From Octopus vulgaris (taxonomy: Eukaryota), in contig OX597833.1 in assembly GCA_951406725.2 (NCBI GenBank), positions 35,526,001 to 35,590,000 on the forward strand: DNA of 64,000 bases, given 5' to 3'. The position numbers and the translations under genes are program-made. Below, one piece after another: positions 30,818-44,859 of the stretch; position 1 is the stretch's first letter, and each line of letters begins with the position of its first letter. A model generated the notes under the pieces. It saw nothing but the letters and a program-made list of their open reading frames with translations. It did not search any database and had not been told where the DNA came from.

Positions 30818-31443
30818 TATAAATGTGTATAAGAATGTATATCTGAACATATGTACATACACACAGATACGCACACACTTCAGTCCTCACACATGAATCT
30901 TACCCTCTGACCGACTGAATTTAGATTCGAACTAGATGTACGAGCATACAGGCCAGGACTTTACATTTATTGGGTTGGTCATCCTAGGTAATAGTTCAGT
31001 AGAGTGCCCGTAACTCGTTTGGTCGATCACTACCTTGTAGTATGTATATGTCTGTGTGTTGCGCGTTTGTTTGGATACGGACTTCTTTCACAAATACAGA
31101 GCAAGTACTTACTATATATAATTAACTCTAAAAAATATATAACATTCGTATGTGACACCCTCTCTGTATATGGACATACAAAATTCATATACTCTCAGAG
31201 ACATGTATACATGCATACCTTTAGTAATAGGAGGGAACACATGGAAAGGTACTTACGCAAAGACGCACGCACACACATATGTTATACACACACACATGTA
31301 CATGTGTGTGTATGTACATATATGTACATACACACACACACACGCATATATATATATATATATGTGCCTATATATGTGTGTACTTATATGTACATATATA
31401 TGCAAATATATATGTGTGTATGTAAATATATGTACACACACAG

Positions 31444-31509
<66 letters not shown>

Positions 31510-31663
31510 GTTCAAATTCCGCCGAGGTTGACTTTGCCTTTCATCCTCTCGAGGTCGATAAATTAAGTACCAGTTACCCACTGGGGTCGATGTAATCGAC
31601 TTAATCCCTTTGTCTGTCCTTGTTTGTCCCCTCTATGTTTAGCCCCTTGTGGGTAGTAAAGAA

Positions 31664-31665
<2 letters not shown>
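31510..31665 (+). mobile_element. 5'-truncated Meta-like SINE
   Basis: gttcaaattccgccgaggttgactttgcctttcatcctctcgaggtcgataaattaagtaccag...gccccttgtgggtagtaaagaaata, highly similar to 51655-51882. Confidence 0.88.
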
Positions 31666-31703
<38 letters not shown>

Positions 31704-32224
31704 ACGCACGCATACACATATGCACATATGAAATGGAGATGTTAATGGCATAGTCAAGTTTGTAACACTCTATATGATTGTTAGAGACATCAGGATTGCT
31801 ACTATTTTCCGTCCTCAAACAGCTACTTCTACCTCAGTAGGTATCTAATGACGAAGATAGTATAATGTATAAATAAATTCCTACAGTGATACAGCAAAAT
31901 ATTCATAAATATTGAGAAATGCCCAGCCTGAAACATAGGTTAGGCTAGGAGCAAAATGTTACATAGAAGTATGTATATATATGTGTTTGCATGAGTCAGT
32001 TAACTTGTAGATTAGTCACTGCTTATAAGTAATATATATTTTATCTAAAAACCACTGTTTTCCCTGTATTTAGTTTCAAGTCACAATCAAATATCTTGGT
32101 CCAAATATATGTCGAGTGTGTCGGTATACATACATACATACATGCATACATACATACATACATACATACATACATACACACTTACATACATACATATATA
32201 CACATACATACATACATACATACA

Positions 32225-32258
<34 letters not shown>

Positions 32259-32288
32259 CATACATATATGCACACATGCATGCATGAG

Positions 32289-33939
32289 ATGAAAAAGAGC
32301 ATTGGCCTAGTTACAACATTCTCAAAGGATGTAAGGTTGGAGTTTGGTCAGGATAAATGTTGTTATATTGTTGTGAAAAGGAGGAAAACTATAAACCAGA
32401 CGAATAATATCTCCATCAATGATTTGACTGTTTCCGCTGGCGAGGAATGTTACAGTTTTCTAGGAGTGAATGAAAATATACCTTACAATGACATCTGTAA
32501 CAAAACACGTGTCACTAAAGAATTTTACAGCCGAATAAAGAACATTTGGACCTCAGAAGTCTCTGCATTCAATAAAACAGTGGCTCGCAATGTGTTTGCA
32601 GCCCCACTACTCATATCAATATTTGGGCTCCTTGATGAGATTTATGTGAAAACCCGAAAACTACTAACAAGCACATATAATTTCCACATAAGTAGTGATG
32701 TAGACCACCTCTACCTAAAACAAGGTGACAGAGGCTTACCGTCGATCCAAAATGCCTTTAAATGTCGCATCATATATTTTCGGCAACATCTTTTAACCAC
32801 CAAGTGTTGAAGTGCATCCCTTGACCAAGTTTGCGTACATGAGGCTGATAACATCATAAGACTTGGAAGGCAGCTCCTTGAGCAACACTCTTTCTTTGAC
32901 AACCTAGAATACATGCTCAAAGGAGTTGCACGACTCTATCGCAACATATAATCAGATGAAAGGATGAGCCTATATGAGCAGAAGATTTTGCATGGATATG
33001 TTAGTAGAATAGCCGGATTACTACTCCCACTTTGAAGGGTATGCATTTGCAATCTAGGAACAGGAAATATCAACCAAGTACCAGATGCAGGAAAAACCGC
33101 AAAATGTGACAACCGATGCAAACTTTTTGGAGTTCACACAGAAGATATCATCCACATCATAAAAAGTTATCCGAAAATGTCATCACGGTATTATCTACCG
33201 ATGACACAAGATGTTGTAGCTAGGATACTCTATAATAAAATCCGTCGGAAAGATAAGCTCGAGGATAAGGGAAAAAAAAGCCCACAATATTGTAGAAGCC
33301 ATAGCTACTCATAATAAAAAGGAATACTAGTGAAATGTAACAGTGAAGATCTCAATAAAATGTAAGTACAGCAGACCTGATATAATGATATGGGACAGAG
33401 AAGAGAAACTGTGCACAGCTGTGGAAATTAGCTTCCCAGCGGATGGTAACATAAAGCTGAAGATCAGACAAAAAAATAGAGAACACCTATGCTGAACTAT
33501 TGAGAAACCTGCAGTTACTCTATCCAGTTCAGGTTTATAGCTGTAATTATTGGGGCCCTTGAAAATGTAACACACTGCATAAATACCAATCTTGAGAAAT
33601 TAGGTTTCTCAAAACCAGAAGGGAGAAAGCTAATTCGAAGACTACTGATCCAATCACTGTAACTGTAAAAATCTGTAAAACTTCCAGAAGTTTATCATTT
33701 AAATATATATGAGCATGTCTAGATATGTAACTATATGCATGAGAGTACATATATAAAACATACAAATCTGCACATACATAATACATACATACATACATAC
33801 ATACATACATACATACATACATACATACATAGAAAATACCCTGTTGTTAATGTTGAAAGTCCAATGAAGGAACCTTGGATCAAGGTTAGAAACCGTTTTT
33901 TTCTCTATTGGCAAGAAATCTTGAAATAAACTGAATAAT
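32289..33939 (+). mobile_element. 5'-truncated R4/Dong-clade non-LTR retrotransposon (RT C-terminus, zinc knuckle, RLE endonuclease, 3'UTR), pseudogenised
   Basis: ORF 32109-32810 gives FSKDVRLEFGQDKC, YSFLG, KTRKLLT and DHLYLKQGDRGL. Downstream by hand: FEGYAFAI*EQEISTKY, CDNRCKL...IHII (eroded CCHC), and RPDIMIWDREEKLCTAVEISFP (PD-D/ExK endonuclease). Confidence 0.9.
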
Positions 33940-34285
33940 GACATATATATAAGATCAATACATATATACATTATCAGCTAAAATGATTCTAGAGAGTAAC
34001 GTATATGTACAATGAAAATCAGAAATGCATAAATTTCACAGATTTTTTTCAATATCTTTTTCATTATGCACAAACATCATTAGCAACAAACATCATTACT
34101 TCTATAATTACGTAATTAAAACGTGTATTTCATTAAATTAAACTAGACTTGTTTAAAGCATTGTTTATTCCAAATCATTATTAAGATTGGTACTTAACTG
34201 TTATTAGTCTAAATACCTGTGAGACGCAAATATTCATGTTTTCATGTGAGTGTAAGCGAGCGTGTGCGAGTTTGTGTGTGTGTGT

Positions 34286-34332
<47 letters not shown>

Positions 34333-34379
34333 TATATGTATGAGCACATATGAACAGATATTTAAAACACGTTGCGTTT

Positions 34380-35895
34380 CCAAGTAGAAAGTTAGTACAA
34401 GGGAGATAATCATTTACCCATGGTATTTGGTGGGACTGGAAATTTGAAAGAGTTGAAATGATCATGGTTCACAATAATTTCAAGTTTGGGGAGAAAATTT
34501 GTCAATATGACCAATTTCAAAAGGTTTCACATGTGCATAATCGGCAGATTCATTGCCACCTTCATGAGGTATTCTGATTCCAATATGGACCATTTTAAGA
34601 TTTCCTGGGAATTATTTGTCATTGAAATTGAAGATATGTTCAATGAGAGAAGTAAAGTTCTTCAGGAGGTATTTTAGAATATGAATCGCTTTGAGGTAAG
34701 AAGTGCAACCCATACAGAATTTTGAAGAACTATAGGTTTAACAGCATAAACTACATTATTGCCTTTGAGTGATCATTGGGTGGACAATTTTCTCTTAGTC
34801 TACGATTGCGAAACTTTTTATCAGTTTTTTGAATAAGAATAATTTGTTAGAGACAGGTAGGATATTGCAAGTGCTGACATGGGAAGAAACCACATTGTTA
34901 GTATCATTTTAATCCTCGTTACCCTGTAGCAACTATAGGACTATTTTATGTAGCGATAAGTCTTTATAATTGACATAGGGGTACTGAAGTGAGAATCATT
35001 ACATTATAGACCACTTCTGCAGTTTTGAAATTTTTTATGAGCTGCATGAGCATATGATAATGTCAAAGTTATTGCATCGAAATTTTCTAGTCCACTATTT
35101 ACCATTAAAAGATATGCGTTTTCCTGGTTGCTAGAATTACATGTATGCCAGTAGGAGTTGAAGGGGATATATTTCTAGCAAAGATAAGGTCCTCGTGACA
35201 GTAATAATTGTTAATATCAAACTGAAGGAAAGAAGGTAGTTATTTGTGTATTCTAGATTCGTCCCAAAGAGATAAGTTAAAATGCATTTCAACAGGTATT
35301 ACTTTATCGATTGCCTTCTAGCTAATTCTAAGCCAGATTGGGAAGGACTAATTAATCTGATAGAAGTATTGTCTTGAATGTCAATCTCATCACAAGAGGA
35401 AGTCTTCATCTAAAAGGTTACGTCCTAGATTAAGTCTGGTTACAAGTTTATTCACTAAATCGTTTATACTCCCGAGTATATTGGATTCGGCTTTTTCTAT
35501 AAAGTTCCTTAATAATAGGACCAGTAAATGATGCATAATTGATAGAGTCTATATTCCCAGTTTTGTCAGATGACACACACAATAGGTCAGAATATGTAAT
35601 ACTAGATCTTTTTTTTAGATATCTAATATTACCATTTACCCTTTTGAAAGTCATTAGATATTCTTCTAAACTTAACATTTGAATTTAAATTCCTTAAATC
35701 GTTCTCAAAGTTATCGATTAGTGGATCAAATGGTAGCGATTTATAAGAATTTTGATAATATGTATCCATTTCAATTTTCTTACTCTATTGCATTCTTCTT
35801 ATCAAGATATTCGTTTTCTGGATGTCAATATCCATGTCAATATCATTCTTTGGTATAGTTATATATTTGAGGGAGATCCCTCAAAACTTCTCCAT
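34380..35895 (-). mobile_element. Decayed, internally deleted Penelope-like element
   Basis: Minus-strand motifs in order: SLKYITIP (~SLKNIPIP), RKLKW, FENDL, SSDKTGN (~ADKTxN, in ORF 35448-35678), IRLISPSQS (~RLINPAKS), IK*SYSC, NCPPN..NVVYA, FCMGCT (~YIGxT), LKWSIL, CRLCTCE. Confidence 0.8.
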
Positions 35896-35942
35896 TTCAA
35901 AGTTGTGTAAACCACTAGTGTTCAACATATATGTGCAAATAC

Positions 35943-36000
<58 letters not shown>

Positions 36001-36183
36001 CACACAGATGTATATATATATATATATATGCGTTCGTGTGTGTGTGTTTATAGATAGAATGAAATATGCATATAAATATGCGTACACCCTACTCCACATA
36101 TATACATATATACATATATATGCATGTGTGTATATCTATATATATATATAAATGTGTGTGTGTGTGTATGTATATATATAATC

Positions 36184-36281
<98 letters not shown>

Positions 36282-36609
36282 ATATATATATACACACACG
36301 TGCACATTGGGATTTACATAGTTGAGTGGTTTCTTGATTTTTAATAGACTGTAAGTAACCATAAACTAAAAATTTCTCTGTAGACTAATGATGGATTTTA
36401 TTCCGAAGATTAAGTTCTGAGAAGTCTTAAATTGAGGCTAAAATTCTAAGCTAATTAGAAAGGAATGCACCACTTGCACTTCAAAGTATTAAAAGCTCTG
36501 TTTAGTGCTTACGAAGCAATGAATTGATCCACGTAGAAGAAACTTGCACGATTATGCAAATTAGACTGGACCGTTTAGCTGGATCCTTTTTGCATACACT
36601 GTACATAAA

Positions 36610-36660
36610 TGGCGGTGCCCCAGCATGGCCACAGCTCATGAGCTGAAACTAGAATCAATC
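36610..36660 (+). repeat. LINE/SINE 3' stem-loop module
   Basis: ggcggtgccccagcatggccaCAGCTCatGAGCTGaaactag. Confidence 0.7.
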
Positions 36661-36944
36661 AAAAGATACGTATTCTTTTGCCGATGAATAGCTAATAAGT
36701 CTAGAAATGGGTCTCATCGATCGAATTTTGCATTGCTGCAAAGAGAGAAATCCTTTTTAGAGAGAGGCTAAAATTTAATATTCATTAAAAAAAAAATCAC
36801 AGGTATAATATTTTTCCATCCCTAATATATTTGTGTGTGTGTGCATATATATGTATATATGCATGTATGTATATGTATGTGTGTATGTGTGTGTGTGTGA
36901 ATGTCTGTGTGTGTGTAGTAAAGAACATAAAGACAGACAAAATA

Positions 36945-37160
36945 CCAATTTCTTTATTGCCCACAAGGAGCTACACACAGAGGGGACAAACAAGGACAGA
37001 CAAACGGATTAAGTCGATTATATCGACCCCAGTGCGTAACTGGTACTTATTTAATCGACCCTGAAAGATTGAAAGGCACAGTCGACCTCGGCGGAATTTG
37101 AACTCAGAACGTAGCGGCAGACGTTTCTGACGCGCTAACGTTTCTACCAACTAGCCGCCT
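36945..37160 (-). mobile_element. Meta-like SINE
   Basis: Reverse-complement homologue of 51655-51882. Confidence 0.88.
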
Positions 37161-37187
37161 TGTTGCAGTTAATAAATATTAATTGTG

Positions 37188-37372
37188 AAGGCATGCCGGG
37201 TGAAATGCTTAGCAGTCTTTACGTTCTGATTTCAAATTCCACTGAGGTCGACTGTCATCTTTCGGGGTCGATAAATTAAGTACCAGCTGCGTACTAGGGT
37301 ACTAGGGTCAAACTAATCGACTGGCCCCCTAACCCCAAAATTTCGGGCTTTGTGCCTATAGTAGAAAAGAAT
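37188..37372 (+). mobile_element. Meta-like SINE with an alternative 3' tail
   Basis: ttcaaattccactgaggtcgact...tcggggtcgataaattaagtaccag...ccccaaaatttcgggctttgtgcctatagtagaaaag. Confidence 0.82.
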
Positions 37373-38673
37373 AAATATCAACTGCTTTTATCTAAGGAAA
37401 AGCAGTTCTTTTTTTTTTTCAATGAAATTAAGAGAAGGTTATTAAATTTGTGCCTCCGACGTTTCACATGTTCTGAACTACAACGATTTTATTGTATTGT
37501 CATGTCACAAAAATGTAATGAAGTAGGAATCCCTTGAAATATACACTTATTTAAATACTGTGTCTAATCGAGTTAATTCTTTGTTCGAACCATGTAAATT
37601 CTGTTGAATTCTTTCCTGAATTTTAAAGGAATTTCTCATTTCCGGTAAAAGTTTACAACGCTTACATATATGTAAAACGTTTAACATGCTCATACTTACT
37701 TATATGATTAAATAATAAATGCATACATGTAAATAATGAGCCACGGTATTTCATCTCTATTTGGTTGGTGTTATATTTATCTTAGTTTTATTGAAGCCCA
37801 GGTCAAGCCAGATCAATTACACCTATGATGGGGTCGATAAATTAGGTATCAGTAACACACTGGAGTCAATGTAATCGACTTAATACCTTTGTGTGTCCTT
37901 GTTTATATCCCACTCTAGTAATCTTTGAAATTTATCTAGAACTATATTATCGTGTGTTTTTATCTAACTTTCATTTTCCAAGACGTTAAGGTGGGTATTT
38001 TAGAGAAATTTGGCTGGTATCTCTTGCTGATCGAGCCTTCACACACATGCCCTCCCGTTGATTCAAAGGCGTAGTTCGTATTAATTTCTTGTAATTCGCA
38101 GTTAATGTATGTTTTCCAGACAAAGTCTACTGACGTGACTTCCCTTTCCCGCTTTCCCTCTCTCACATACACATACATATTCACACACACACACACACGT
38201 ACATATGCATATATACATAATCATGTCATTATATGCTGAGATTATTTTTTAGCAATAAAATGAAGCTTCTAAAAAAAAAATTAACGCAATCTATAAATCA
38301 GGCTGCTTAGATCCTGATAACTGTATTTACTTTTCCAGTTTGCATTTAATTATGCTCTCCCACGCATACTGTCTCAAGTGCACACATAAACATTTACAGT
38401 AAATACACATATATTTACGTATACTCACATATGTACATGCCCAGCCATCTCTTTCCAACATCTGTGATAAATAAATCTAAATATGATATGAGCTGACTTA
38501 CTTTAAGAAATTCCTACATTGTCGCTTTGAAATCGTGAATTCTATCCAAATGTTCATAACAAAGGACTGAAAGGGTCAAACATATTTCCAATACTTTTGT
38601 ACGAAAGACACACACAGAAAATCCTATACACTCGCAGAGAAACATACACTAACTGCCATACAAACACATGCTA

Positions 38674-38776
<103 letters not shown>

Positions 38777-38811
38777 GTATGTATGTATGTATGTATGTAT
38801 GTATGTATGTA

Positions 38812-38896
<85 letters not shown>

Positions 38897-39076
38897 TATA
38901 AATTAGGGTACCTACGAGATACCACCATCTTGTAGCTACCCTAACTTATAATTTTAATAATTATTACCATTGAAGGTTAATTTTTCCATGCTGACTACTT
39001 GATAAGTTCGTTATTTATTTTAAATTAACGATATTATCCTTATTTATATAAATTTAAATATATCTATATCTATCTA

Positions 39077-39132
<56 letters not shown>

Positions 39133-39153
39133 CATACATATATATATACACAC

Positions 39154-39243
<90 letters not shown>

Positions 39244-39253
39244 GCTTATATAT

Positions 39254-39452
39254 GGCGACAAGCTGGCCCAATCGCTACTTCTTAGCGACATTTCGTTCGT
39301 CTTTGCGTCCTGGGTTCAGATTCCACCGAGGTCGACTTTGCCTTTCATTATTTCGGGGTTAATAAAATAAGTACCTGTTGTGTATTGGGGACAATGTAAT
39401 CGAGTAGCACCCTGTCTCGAAGCTGCTGGCTTTGTGCCAAACTTTGTAACCA
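39254..39452 (+). mobile_element. Meta-like SINE with a third tail type
   Basis: ggcgacaagctggc...gggttcagattccaccgaggtcgactttgcctttcat...gctggctttgtgccaaactttgtaacc. Confidence 0.8.
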
Positions 39453-39489
39453 ATATGTGTATGATACATAATGGTAGTGTTTCATAATC

Positions 39490-39778
39490 CGTGAAAGACG
39501 GTTCTGCAATTTCCTTGCTGTATAAGCTGCAAAAATAGAGTGTTTACAGTAATCAAATGTTGGTGTTGTATATTAGCTGCCCATTAAGCAAATCGATATT
39601 GCCCGAAGAGGTGAAAAGTGTACCACACTTCAGGTGTCGAAGTGATCATAGAGCAACGTGAATACTTGATATGACCACCTAGATCTGCACCCGCAACCGG
39701 CACCACAACGCAGCACTTTGTCCAGGAATTGAAACCACGAGTGCAATACTCTGACCACCTGACCATGCGGCTTCACAC
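39490..39778 (-). mobile_element. Copy of the second CORE-type SINE family
   Basis: Minus strand gaagccgcatggtcaggtggtcagagtattgcactc...ttcacgttgctc...aacatttgattactgtaaac, homologous to 27017-27295. Confidence 0.68.
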
Positions 39779-39904
39779 GCAATACATATATGTATGCAGT
39801 CAAGCGTGTGTCCGTAGATGTGTGTGTGTGTGTGTGTGTGCGTTTGTGAGTGGTATTTGATCATACTGAACTGGACGTGATACCATTCTAATAGCATTGC
39901 AGCT

Positions 39905-39971
39905 GCAACTACTACTACTACTACTACTACTACTAATAATAATAATAATAATAATAATAATAGAAATAATA

Positions 39972-40063
<92 letters not shown>

Positions 40064-40076
40064 AATAATAATAATG

Positions 40077-40114
<38 letters not shown>

Positions 40115-40150
40115 TATTATTATTATTATTATTATTATAATTATAATAAT
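39905..40150. repeat. Compound trinucleotide array (CTA)n(TAA)n(TGA)n(TAA)n(TTA)n
   Basis: Direct inspection. Confidence 0.95.
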
Positions 40151-40725
40151 GACTTAATTGACATTATTCACTGCAGCTTTTTCTAATTATTTAATTGACG
40201 CTCCATCAAAATACCACGTGTTGAAAAATGTTCGATGTTTATTGCATCTATAAATAGCATCACAATATTTGAATAAAAAAAAAATAAATAAAAAGTAATA
40301 AAAAAAATTAATAACAGCGATAATAATCTTTCAGCTGGATGGTGCACTCCCTTACATCAAGGGAAATACGAAATGTATTTTGTGATAAACAAGTAATTAG
40401 CGCCCCCTACTGATCTGTATCATTGACATGTTATAGAGTTAATTTATTCACAAGAAACATGCTCTTTCCAGGGAGAGATGGCAATATTATGTAAACATCG
40501 TACTATGTTGGTAGTTACTAGAATAATAATTCCCAATATTATTATTTACTGAGATCCCTTTGTATCCTCTTAATATAGTTTGCTTTTTTTTTATCTATTA
40601 GTATAACCGAGGAATTGATTTGATAAATATATCTATCTATTTATCTATCTGTCTGTTTGTCTATCTGTCTGTCAGTCTGTCTGTCTATCTATCTGTCTGT
40701 CTGTCTTCTGTTTGTCTTCTGTCTG

Positions 40726-40810
<85 letters not shown>

Positions 40811-41063
40811 ATATCTATCTCTATATATATCTATGAGTGTGTGTGTGTGTCTGTCTATATATCTATCTGTGTGTATGTCTTTCCATCTATGTATCTGTCT
40901 ATATGTTTATGAATGAATGTATATATGTATGTATGTGTATATGTATGTATGTATATATGTATGTATGCATGTATGTATGTATATATATGTATGTATGTAT
41001 ATATATATGTATGTATATATATATGAATGTATATATATATGTATATATATGTATGTATCTATG

Positions 41064-41118
<55 letters not shown>

Positions 41119-41690
41119 TTATCAATCCATTCGTCAGTCTGCCTGTCTCCCAGTCCGTTCGTCCATGCGTTCGTTTGTCTGTCTGTTAGTCTGCTTGTCT
41201 GTCTGTCTGTTTCTCTCAACATCTGTCTATCTCCTATCTATCTATATGCTTGTGGTGTGTGTATATAACAGTATGCACATACATATGAGTACAGGCCCAG
41301 AAACAGACCCGCACATGCTATCTGACTTCCTATAACCCCGAAAATACCAGTCACACCCACGCTAACTTGAAAAAGCTTCTCTTTCTCTCTCCCCCCTCAC
41401 ACTTTGTCTCTTACACATCAACACCCACACACTCACACATGCTGCAAATACATTACATGTTGCCCTTATACCTGAAAATGTCACTGTCACTCACGTACAC
41501 ACACACACACACTCTACTAATACGTCTAAAAATGGCACTTCCACAAACACACACATAAACCATTCAAAGTGAGTGCCCTCAAGATGGTCGCCAAAATTGC
41601 AAGAAATTGTAGCAAAATCTCCCTCAAATCACACTTTATCACTTCAAACAATTCAGAGCAAATTGAATCAAGTCCTATGAGTGAAAGAAA

Positions 41691-41995
41691 CGTCACCCTT
41701 TCCAAGCCTAGCCAGGTTCATGGGCTCGGTTTCCCGGTTTCTGTGGCGTATGTGTTCCCCCCAACAGGACGGGACGCCAGTCCATCACAGCGTTACTCGA
41801 GAAACAGGAAGAGAAAGTGAGAGAAAGTTGTGGCGAAAGAGTACAATAGGGTCGCCATCACCCTCTGCCGGATCATCGTGGAGCTTTTAGGTGTTTTCGC
41901 TCAATAAAGATACGCAACACCCGGTTTGGAAATCGAAACTGCGATCCTCCAACCACGAGTCCGCTGCCCTAACCACTTGGCCATTGCGCCTCCAC
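41691..41995 (-). mobile_element. Full-length tRNA-derived SINE with a V-domain-like block and an exact 14-bp TSD
   Basis: Minus-strand head ggaggcgcaatggccaagtggttagggcagcggactc...gtttcgattt. Internal block tgtgatggactggcgtcccgtcc. TSD atgagtgaaagaaa at 41677-41690 and 41996-42009. Confidence 0.88.
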
Positions 41996-42841
41996 ATGAG
42001 TGAAAGAAAATAATGAAAATAAAAAAAAAAGGGAATGGAATGTACAAGGTTTGAACGCCTTTGGTTGCAAGTCAGCTCGATTAGGGTGTACTCGAGGCTA
42101 AACAGCAACACAAACACAAACACACATGATCAATAAATAAATTAATTGAACTATTAATACCTCTTTGTCCACATGTCAGTCTGTCTGCTTATCTGGCTGC
42201 CAATTTAAAGCTTTAGTAATTTTCTAAACAACTTTAGTCATCCTAAATTAATTTCACAAGTCTTTTGTTCTATGAAGCTGGATTTTTTTTTCTATTTGCT
42301 TAAGAGTAGTGTTGAGATTAATAGCAACAGGTCTGCGATAAGATCGCACCGGTTACATAGCAGTTCCAGCCATTACTTCACACTATGACTGATGTTGTTT
42401 GTTTAGTATTCTCACCACTCCTCATCTGACTTTTGTGTCTGGAATATACAGCAGAGCATCCAGTGCAAGTCGAGGAAGTGTGTGTGTGTGTATGTGTGTG
42501 TGTGTCAGGGGTGGGATGCATGTTTTAAGCGCATTCACTGTCACTTTGACTGAAAAGGCAAGATGAACAAGATCTTGTGAAGTCTCAGAAATGGACAACT
42601 GAAAAATGTCCCAAGCGTAAGTGGATGAACTAATTAATGTATAATTTAATTTTTTGATTATAACGTTTTATTTGAAAAATTTTTGAAATTTCGGTTTATT
42701 TCCATGTTATGTATATTTCTGATATGTTGGGAAGCATCTATGTATAATTATGAATTTTGTTTGCATGTTTACCTGTTATTGTAAAACACTACAAGGCATT
42801 TATACTTCATAGAATACTTTCGCGTATGCTTTCGAACTTTG

Positions 42842-42881
<40 letters not shown>

Positions 42882-42926
42882 GAGAGAAAGAAGGGTGGAG
42901 AAATAGATACACATGCAGACATATAA

Positions 42927-43018
<92 letters not shown>

Positions 43019-43029
43019 ATATATATATA

Positions 43030-43106
<77 letters not shown>

Positions 43107-44777
43107 TTATGTATGTATACTGCTTGTGTGTGTGTATTTAAATGACTATGTTTGTACAGATCTTTACTTAGGTGTGCACTGAAATTAGTGTCCTCCATTT
43201 TACGCCACTTTTAGGTATTTTCCTCAGTGACATACAATAAAGAAGGGGAAAAAAACGATCGCGTTCGAAATAAAACCGTAATGAGATATTAATAGAAAGG
43301 AAAATGTATTAATGTTAGCAATAAGCTTGTCTCCAGAGGCACATGTCATGTGAAAATAACTCTCTCTCATTGTCTGATGAACGCCAGACACCAGACAACA
43401 ATATTACAACATTTGTGAAGAATTGTATTAGATTCGACTTCCTCTAACACATGTTTTCAATATTTTTCTTTATTAGTTATGATTATATTGATTAAATGAA
43501 AAAAGTATATACCATTGGGTGTATAATAAAACAATTCATTGCATTTCGTAGATTATTCTAAATTTGTATTAATTTAATTAACTCACAAAATTCTAAACGT
43601 GTACACATACATATAGTTAAAGGCGTAGTTGTTTTAATATATTACGCTAATTTCAGTCAAGAGATATGCATCCACATATATATACATACACATTGACAAC
43701 TAATTTTTGAAACTTTAAACATTGCACAACGTATTGTGCACTTATTTCCTGTACACTGCAAAAGCAAAAGTATAGGCGCACACACACACACATACACAAT
43801 AATACACACACAAATGAATTATATTGACAACGCTAGATGGAATTATTTAAAACACAGAGTTTGTAGAAACGTGTCAGGGAAAAAAATGAATGTTGAGTTA
43901 AAAGATTTAAGATTAAAGGTAAACGTGTGATAAACAAATTTTCTGCAGTTTTGCGAATATTATTAAAAAAAAAAATTTTGTTCATTTTATTTTCTAATGT
44001 GAATAGTAGACACCATTAATAATGCAACTGACAGACTATAAAATATTGACTGAAAAGTGTGTCTGGACTGTTAAGACGTTTAACACCTCAGACTCTGCTT
44101 TTAATGTGGCATAACTGGGAAGGCTTAAAGGAGAATATATTTTTGCGAGAAAATGAAACCCAAGCGGATACACACACTCAGACTTCGATATTGGAAATTA
44201 CTAAAAAGAATATCTAACTGTGGTATTAAACTAAATCAATCCTAGTATTTGGTTATTGTGTTATTGATCTCAGGAGGATGAATTACAAAGTTAACTCTTG
44301 GGCTATTTAAATAGAGGATATAAGATGATTCCGTAAACCAACTTTGTTCTATGAATTCAACTACTCCATCGCCGATTTGTGTGTGATGTTGCACCAGTTC
44401 AACCACTTTGCTTCTCTGTTAATACGACAATAACCACAGCAGGAATGGAAATATGAAGATTACAATAGCAAAACAGTATATTCGATAGAATATCATTAAT
44501 TTGCTTTTAGTTAAAGCAGTAAATGATAACACACTTATGTCTTCGTCTAAGCCATAATATCAAGTGAAGAAATGAATAGGAGATATATTACCCATATGTA
44601 ATTCTAATGTTATTCTGTCCTTTTCCTGTTTTCCTTCTTTATTTATTAATTTGTTTGTTTATCCTTTGTTTGTTCTATAATCTTGACTATAATATATATC
44701 CGATATCTATGTGGATAATTTCTTCAAATTTTTGTTTTCAGTTTTCTGCTTTGCACACGCGCTCGCAAACACACACA

Positions 44778-44810
<33 letters not shown>

Positions 44811-44859
44811 CGCACTCATACACAGATGCTTACATCAATCAATATAGAAACAACAGTGA

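Noticed and set aside
34760-34775. TCA at a conserved Cys position of the Penelope relic as a decayed selenocysteine TGA
   Set aside because: A single G deletion from TGC explains both the lost Cys and the adjacent frameshift (restoring HCKGNNVVY), so Sec is not needed.
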